Below are positions 58,702 through 64,000 of a stretch of DNA of 64,000 nucleotides, piece after piece (within the stretch, counting starts at the first letter, position 1; the number at the start of each line of letters is the position of its first letter). The stretch is from a virus. The stretch lies in IMG/VR virus record IMGVR_UViG_3300020048_000044, positions 32,001 through 96,000 of that record. The stretch is one strand, 5' to 3'. Below the pieces are notes generated by a model. That model was not told where the DNA came from and did not search any database. It saw only the letters and a program-made list of their open reading frames with translations. Made by a program: the position numbers and the translations under genes.

Positions 58702-59013
58702 ATGATGATAGAGATAACCGATGCGAATTTCGCAGAAATAGTAGATGCAAAAGACATAACAGTAATTGATTTTTTTGCAGAATGGTGTGGCCCATGTAAG
58801 ATGTTAACACCAGTAATTGAAAATATTGCCAAAAATAACAATGATATAACCGTTGGTAAGATTGATATTGATGCTAATAGGACCATTACTAATCAATATG
58901 GTATTAGAAGTGTACCAACGATTGTATTCATGAAGAATGGAATATTAGCTGATAAGCTTGTTGGCGTAAAAAGCATACATGAAATTCAAGCTAAGATTGA
59001 TTCTTTGAAATAA
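58702..59013 (+). CDS. trxA: thioredoxin
   Basis: DFFAEWCGPCK...IRSVPT. Confidence 0.95.
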   Translation: MMIEITDANFAEIVDAKDITVIDFFAEWCGPCKMLTPVIENIAKNNNDITVGKIDIDANRTITNQYGIRSVPTIVFMKNGILADKLVGVKSIHEIQAKIDSLK

Positions 59014-59030
59014 TCAAAATATTTATTAGT

Positions 59031-59372
59031 ATGAAAAAGAAACTTATTATTACGGAGTCTCAAATGGCCCGTTTAAAGAAAAATATCATGACAGAAAGTA
59101 CTCATTCTTCAATGGTTAAGAGAATCAAGGAAGAATTAGATGCTAACTACTTGAAAACTGAAAAGTTTGTTAAAGAGGGTGGTGATTATCATAGTAGTTT
59201 AATGTTTGAGATTAAGGCTGATGGTGAAGTAATTTCGGCTGAAGCATTATGTGAATATTTGACTAGGAAATATAAAACCAAAGAGGATTTTACACAACAA
59301 GTAATAAAAGACTGGGTTGATGGGAAGATAAGCGAACATGGTATGTTAAGCAAAAATGTTACACCATTTTAA
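59031..59372 (+). CDS. hypothetical protein
   Basis: N-terminal KLIITESQ. Confidence 0.75.
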   Translation: MKKKLIITESQMARLKKNIMTESTHSSMVKRIKEELDANYLKTEKFVKEGGDYHSSLMFEIKADGEVISAEALCEYLTRKYKTKEDFTQQVIKDWVDGKISEHGMLSKNVTPF

Positions 59373-59376
59373 TGAA

Positions 59377-59700
59377 ATGAATATCAAGATTAAAATAAGA
59401 CGAGCTTTAAAAGAGCAATATGGTGAGTTTATAACTTATTTGGACCACAAGTATGAAAATAAATTGACTGAAAATCTTATTCTTGGTGATTTAGATAAAA
59501 AGATGGAATGGATTACTTATAATCAAGTAATATTAGAATTAAAAAACTCATTAAAAAACAATCTAAAATTAAGGGAATTGCAGTATAAGTTAACCGATAA
59601 TTCGGACCCAAATCAAGTGGTGATTGAGGTAATCGAAGACATAAAAACGGAAACATCTGAGTTAGAGAGATTATATTATAAAATATCGAATTTTGCTTAA
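59377..59700 (+). CDS. hypothetical protein, related to 59800-60141
   Basis: shared YxLTDxxxPNxVxxxI. Confidence 0.7.
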   Translation: MNIKIKIRRALKEQYGEFITYLDHKYENKLTENLILGDLDKKMEWITYNQVILELKNSLKNNLKLRELQYKLTDNSDPNQVVIEVIEDIKTETSELERLYYKISNFA

Positions 59701-59799
59701 AAACCCTTATAAAATAAGGGTTTTTTATTTAGAAAAAATGGTTTATTCGGGTTTGAAATGATATTTATAGTTAAATAACATTTAATTTAAACTACACCT

Positions 59800-60141
59800 A
59801 TGGAAGCTAATAATTTTTTTATAAAAGCTGGTAGAGGTAAGAAAACTACACTAGATAAAGCATATTTTAAACACATAATAAATGTAATAGAAACGCTTGA
59901 TGAGGAACAGGAAGAAAGATGGGAAACATACAATGTTATCATTCAAGAATTGATAAATCAAAACAAGGGAAATTATTTCGAAGAAATAAAATATAGATTA
60001 ACTGATGGGGAAAATCCAAATGATGTTATTTTAGATATCATTGAAAAAGAGGTAGATGAAGTAACTGGATTAATTTGGATTCTCAAAAAAAGGGTTGAAG
60101 AATATAAAGATGAAGATTTAATGAGGCGTTTCTGTTTATAA
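59800..60141 (+). CDS. hypothetical protein, related to 59377-59700
   Basis: YRLTDGENPNDVILDII. Confidence 0.7.
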   Translation: MEANNFFIKAGRGKKTTLDKAYFKHIINVIETLDEEQEERWETYNVIIQELINQNKGNYFEEIKYRLTDGENPNDVILDIIEKEVDEVTGLIWILKKRVEEYKDEDLMRRFCL

Positions 60142-60191
60142 TACTTGTCTTATTCAAATATTTTTAGTATATTTGCAACAAAAGACAAAAT

Positions 60192-61652
60192 ATGAAAGAA
60201 ATTGACATATCTGAGAGATTAGCATATCTAGCCGAAGAATTCGATGTTTTCGATTGTTCTGATAAAGAGGAACTTAAGACTAGGTTCGAAGAATTAACTG
60301 CTGATGGTTATCGTCCTGTGTTAATTTATAAGAATCATGTCACACAAAACTTTTTAGATGTTTCCGATTTGACTGGTGTTATAGCCATTTATTCTGTTAA
60401 GCAGAATGAAAAAGAGAGGTTATTAAAAAAAGTTAGTGTTTGTTCTGATATTTTTTCGGAAATGATTTCAGCTGACCCAACGAAAAATAAGATGTATTTG
60501 CAATGGATGTTAAATTTATTTGCAAGACTAATCAAGGATGGTAAAGAACAGAATAAAGAAGCTGCAATACGTTTAGTTAGCGAGGATTTACCACAAGCTA
60601 ATCAATACTTAACCTTATTTGATGAAAATAAGCGTAAGAAGAAGTTTAGTGAGTTGTGCAAGGGAAATTACACGTTAATGCATGTAACGGACCCAAGTGA
60701 TATTAATCAATATAAATCGCTTGCACAATTATTTGATGTGGTTGACCCATTTATTGAAAAGGAACCAAGTGCATTAGAAAGAACTCTACAAAAGTTTGTA
60801 GATGCTGGCCAAGCAGTGATACCAGTAAAGGATAGAAAGTTTACTGTATTTATACCAAAAACAAGAGATGCGAATGTAGCATTTGATAATTTTGCTAGTT
60901 GGTGTACAGCTAAAAAGGATAATGGGATGTTTAAGAGTTATACTGAAGGACATAAAAAGCCGAATGGTAAAAACTCTGATATTTATATTATTATCGACAA
61001 TAGATTTTTCTCTGGTGAATCGGATGTATTATATCAAATTCATTTTGAGTCTAATCAGATAAAAAATAGACAAAACGGTCAAAACATTAGTATTTTTGAG
61101 ACTGTTTTATCTGAGAGTGAAGGCTTAACCAATTTTTTCTATGAAGAATTAATGGGGATGGCCAAAGAGAATAAGAACGGATGGGAAAATAACAAGTATT
61201 TGGATTTTCTAATTCAATTTGGATTTGCTGAGAGCTTATTTGAATTGATGGATGAACAAACACCATTAATAAGATTTATGACAAGAGAAATACCAAGATT
61301 ACCAGACATTAGTAGATTTAAAAAGCTAGACCAGTTAATTATAACTGGTGCGAAGCTAGTTGAATTACATCCGTCTATTGGTAAATTGGCCAGTCTAGAG
61401 ATGCTTGTGCTTTCGGATAATCGAATTAAAGAATTACCGAAAGAGATTGGCAATCTTAAAAATCTAACATTTTTAAATCTAACGGGGAATCCTATTAAGA
61501 GTTTTCCAGAGGAAATTAAATATTTAGATAAAAGCAACGGTGGGTCGCTATATAGACTCGGTGTTAAAGAAGGAGATATAGGTGAAGATAACTATAAGAA
61601 ATTGAAAGCGTTATTACCAAAAACGTTACCATTTTCTGAAGAAAAATCTTAA
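60192..61652 (+). CDS. leucine-rich-repeat protein
   Basis: C-terminal LxxLxxLxLsxNxIxxLP repeats. Confidence 0.85.
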   Translation: MKEIDISERLAYLAEEFDVFDCSDKEELKTRFEELTADGYRPVLIYKNHVTQNFLDVSDLTGVIAIYSVKQNEKERLLKKVSVCSDIFSEMISADPTKNKMYLQWMLNLFARLIKDGKEQNKEAAIRLVSEDLPQANQYLTLFDENKRKKKFSELCKGNYTLMHVTDPSDINQYKSLAQLFDVVDPFIEKEPSALERTLQKFVDAGQAVIPVKDRKFTVFIPKTRDANVAFDNFASWCTAKKDNGMFKSYTEGHKKPNGKNSDIYIIIDNRFFSGESDVLYQIHFESNQIKNRQNGQNISIFETVLSESEGLTNFFYEELMGMAKENKNGWENNKYLDFLIQFGFAESLFELMDEQTPLIRFMTREIPRLPDISRFKKLDQLIITGAKLVELHPSIGKLASLEMLVLSDNRIKELPKEIGNLKNLTFLNLTGNPIKSFPEEIKYLDKSNGGSLYRLGVKEGDIGEDNYKKLKALLPKTLPFSEEKS

Positions 61653-61710
61653 ACTAAGGGCTCCAATTGGGGCCCTTTTTTATTATAATATGTTTTTAAA
61701 ATTGAAAAAG

Positions 61711-62220
61711 ATGAAATGGAAAAGAAACAACAAAGTTATTGAAGAACCAATAACTGAGTATTTAGAAAAGTTATTCGATGAAGAATTAGCTAAAGGAAAC
61801 AAAATCAAGGTATCTGTCGGTACTGACTCTCAAAAAGACACAAAATCAAGCTATAAATTTGCTACTGTTATTTTAATATCAACTAGTGAAGATTTAGGTA
61901 GTGGTGTTGTTGTTGGTCGTGGTGGTATGATTGTGGCCGCAACATATTTCCACACATTTAAACAAAGAGATAAAGAGTTGGTAAATGAAAGAATGTTATT
62001 TGAGGTAGGGAAATCAATTGAGGTTGCTTATGAAATAGCACCATTATTGGACCTATACGACATCAAATTAGAAATACATGCGGATATTAACCCAGACCCA
62101 ATACATGATTCTAATAAAGCTTTACAACAAGCGGTAGGTTATATTCTTGGAATGGGTTATGAATTCAAGATAAAACCTAATGCACCAGCATCATCAAATT
62201 GTGCTGATAAATTATGTTAA
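61711..62220 (+). CDS. RNase H-like YkuK family protein
   Basis: VGTDSQ...GRGG...EV..S...EIHADIN...IKP.A.ASS..AD. Confidence 0.8.
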   Translation: MKWKRNNKVIEEPITEYLEKLFDEELAKGNKIKVSVGTDSQKDTKSSYKFATVILISTSEDLGSGVVVGRGGMIVAATYFHTFKQRDKELVNERMLFEVGKSIEVAYEIAPLLDLYDIKLEIHADINPDPIHDSNKALQQAVGYILGMGYEFKIKPNAPASSNCADKLC

Positions 62221-62421
62221 ATATTTATTTTATGTGTTGAGTTTATATTTATAATAAACTCAACACATGAAAAGATATGCTCTAAAAACTAAAACTGGTG
62301 AAAAATTAGATTCAACAATTGCTACCGATTCATTGGATGCGGCTGTTTATTTCTCATTAAGAAAAAAACTAGAACTAAATGATTTACTTGATATATTTAT
62401 AATAGAAGAAATATTTTAACC

Positions 62422-63165
62422 ATGAAACAATATATCAAAGAAAGTCTTAGAAGACATTTAACTGAAAACGAACAAGTAACTGGCAAAAATCTAGCCGATG
62501 CTTTGAAGCAGTTTGGTTTAACAGATACAACTGCAACTGTTAATATTAGTAACGAAAAAACTGGTAAAGAAGATGTATTAACAGTAGTTGCTGATGAAAA
62601 TGGCAATCTGAAAAAAGGTGGTTTAAAAGAAATATCGACACTAGGAAAAATAGTTATTAGTTGTGTTATAGCAGCAACAGGATTAGCTTCTTGTACCAAA
62701 GAAAATATGGGCTACAGCTATAATGCTAATGCTTTTAAAACCGAATATAAAAAAGGTGGAACACCAAATAAAACTATTGCAGTATATTCTGGCGGTAAGG
62801 TTAATTATTTTGATGTTGATACAATGAGACAAGTAAAAGCTGAACCATCAGCTATCAGTAGTGGTACATTATTAAAAGCAATACCATCACCACAAGAAGC
62901 AAAGATTTATTCATTAGGTTTTGATACTAGACAAGAAGCTGGTGTTGGTGTTCAATCTAACTCATACCTAGATTATAGCGTTGATAAATCGGATTTATAT
63001 CAAGTAAGTGGGGATTATGGTGGTGAGCCAATTGATATATGGGAAGACCCAGCATTTATTGACGGTTTAAAATTTGCAGCATCTGACCCAGAATTTTTTA
63101 AATCTGAAACAGGTTTAGACCCACAAGAAATGTTATCAATATATGGAAAATATTTAAAAAATTAA
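62422..63165 (+). CDS. hypothetical protein with internal lipobox-like segment
   Basis: VIAATGLASC at ~aa 80-90. Confidence 0.65.
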   Translation: MKQYIKESLRRHLTENEQVTGKNLADALKQFGLTDTTATVNISNEKTGKEDVLTVVADENGNLKKGGLKEISTLGKIVISCVIAATGLASCTKENMGYSYNANAFKTEYKKGGTPNKTIAVYSGGKVNYFDVDTMRQVKAEPSAISSGTLLKAIPSPQEAKIYSLGFDTRQEAGVGVQSNSYLDYSVDKSDLYQVSGDYGGEPIDIWEDPAFIDGLKFAASDPEFFKSETGLDPQEMLSIYGKYLKN

Positions 63166-63227
63166 TTTTTTCTAGAAAATCAATATATTTATAAGTAAGA
63201 TAATAAGAATAATTAAACCGTAAGAAT

Positions 63228-63419
63228 ATGTCAGACACAAAAAAAACAGTAAAAATCAAAGAAGCAGAACTTGTTGATTTAATCGATAACATCGTTAACG
63301 AAGCAGTTGCTGAGAAAAAGAAACAATGGTTAGCTGAACAAGCTACTTCATCTAAAACAGCTGTTTTAGAAGGTAAACTTGCTGCTTTAGAGGCTAAAAT
63401 TAACAAACTTATTAAATAA
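63228..63419 (+). CDS. hypothetical protein
   Basis: KIKEAEL..LI..IVNE. Confidence 0.75.
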   Translation: MSDTKKTVKIKEAELVDLIDNIVNEAVAEKKKQWLAEQATSSKTAVLEGKLAALEAKINKLIK

Positions 63420-63502
63420 GTTTAGTTCTAAAATTAAATTAAAAGGTTGGGATTTCCCAACCTTTTTTGTTTACTTTAAAATGTTTTAGATTAATTTTAC
63501 AT

Positions 63503-64000
63503 ATGGATAAATTAATAGAAAAATTAGAAAGACTTTCAGAACCATTAACTGTTAGTGTTGATAGGGATGATTATATAAGTGCTAGTGAAAAAGCATTCGA
63601 TTGTGAATTTGATGGAACTTCTAAATTTTATCCATGGAAATTTCCAACTAAGATTCCAGAAAAGTTTAAGATTGGTGTTATTGTCGGTTCTTCTGGTTCT
63701 GGCAAATCAACCATTCTAAAAGAATTTGGAATAGAGGAAACGCCCATATGGGACCCAAATAAATCAATTGTTTCACACTTCGATTCACCAGATGATGCTA
63801 TCAATAAATTAGGTAGCGTTGGGTTGAATTCGGTACCTTCTTGGTACAAGCCATATCACGTATTATCCAATGGTGAAAAATTCAGAGCTGATTTGGCCCG
63901 AAAGATAAAGACTGGTGCTGTTATAGATGAGTTTACAAGCGTTGTGGATAGGAATGTAGCTAAGGCGGCCAGCGTATCTTTATCTAGATACGTTAAGAAT
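63503..64000 (+). CDS. ABC-type ATPase, partial (runs off window)
   Basis: GSSGSGKST, LSNGEKFR, VIDEFTS. Confidence 0.85.
   Translation, partial: MDKLIEKLERLSEPLTVSVDRDDYISASEKAFDCEFDGTSKFYPWKFPTKIPEKFKIGVIVGSSGSGKSTILKEFGIEETPIWDPNKSIVSHFDSPDDAINKLGSVGLNSVPSWYKPYHVLSNGEKFRADLARKIKTGAVIDEFTSVVDRNVAKAASVSLSRYVKN

Larger units (their letters stand above)
126..60175. promoter_or_regulatory. About 59 dispersed Bacteroidota sigma-type early promoters (TTTG/TTAG-N19-21-TAnnTTTG)
   Basis: First base of the -7 box on +: 150,1738,4161,5245,5645,6985,7829,9449,10087,11106,12257,12734,14363,16484,21160,23065,24049,30052,30348,31386,32370,32810,33238,34029,34524,34988,35464,35934,36796,37493,38116,38574,39172,39619,40054,40332,40862,41195,42029,42521,42820,43632,44147,46135,47046,47307,47452,48654,49035,50149,53669,54406,57174,60168. 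On - (lowest coordinate): 29987,31253,37372,45994,48519. Matches the established -33/-7 consensus. Confidence 0.9.
53625..63195. promoter_or_regulatory. ATATTTAT(A) motif upstream of probable late genes
   Basis: sense-oriented upstream of genes 52485-53618(-), 56170-56628(-), 56684, 57785-58045(-), 58391-58642(-), 59031, 59800, 62267, 63228. Confidence 0.6.

Noticed and set aside
265-63849. Many antisense or overlapping ORFs in the track (e.g. 265-510, 14638-15066, 17618-17923, 42213-42491, 55498-55989, 61214-61537, 63628-63849)
   Set aside because: Shadows of better-supported genes on the other strand or frame; no promoter or leader.
1-64000. Stop-codon reassignment
   Set aside because: Long genes read intact in code 11; TAG and TGA end ORFs at sensible boundaries.

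Overview
Fragment of a large (jumbo-type) phage genome with a Bacteroidota host. It is strongly AT-rich, uses standard stop codons, and has no structural, terminase or integrase genes in this window. The host call rests on about 59 copies of the Bacteroidota primary-sigma promoter (TTTG-N19-21-TAnnTTTG) and A-rich leaders without Shine-Dalgarno sites. There are three blocks. (1) 1-29 kb: a + strand accessory/early region of small ORFs (denV, DUF262, HsdR_N, AAA ATPase, Cys-rich paralogs). (2) About 29-50 kb: a promoter-dense block, roughly one promoter per 500 bp, bounded by non-coding nodes with palindromes, a C-tract and C-to-G skew flips; it may be a terminal repeat or lie between origins. 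(3) 50-64 kb: mixed-strand genes (PcfJ, nucleotidyltransferase, HNH, thioredoxin, LRR, YkuK-like, ABC ATPase) with an ATATTTATA upstream motif. The most notable finding is an integron-like array of five attC-like gene cassettes (2.3-3.9 kb) with apparently inverted polarity, plus a second cassette locus at 45 kb. Also notable are a three-member family of promoter-driven ~75-nt RNAs, a ~420-nt T-loop-rich structured RNA ending in an interrupted tRNA, a tRNA with an 8-nt anticodon loop, and fused terminator-promoter cassettes. All protein family calls are from motif recognition by eye; no searches were run.
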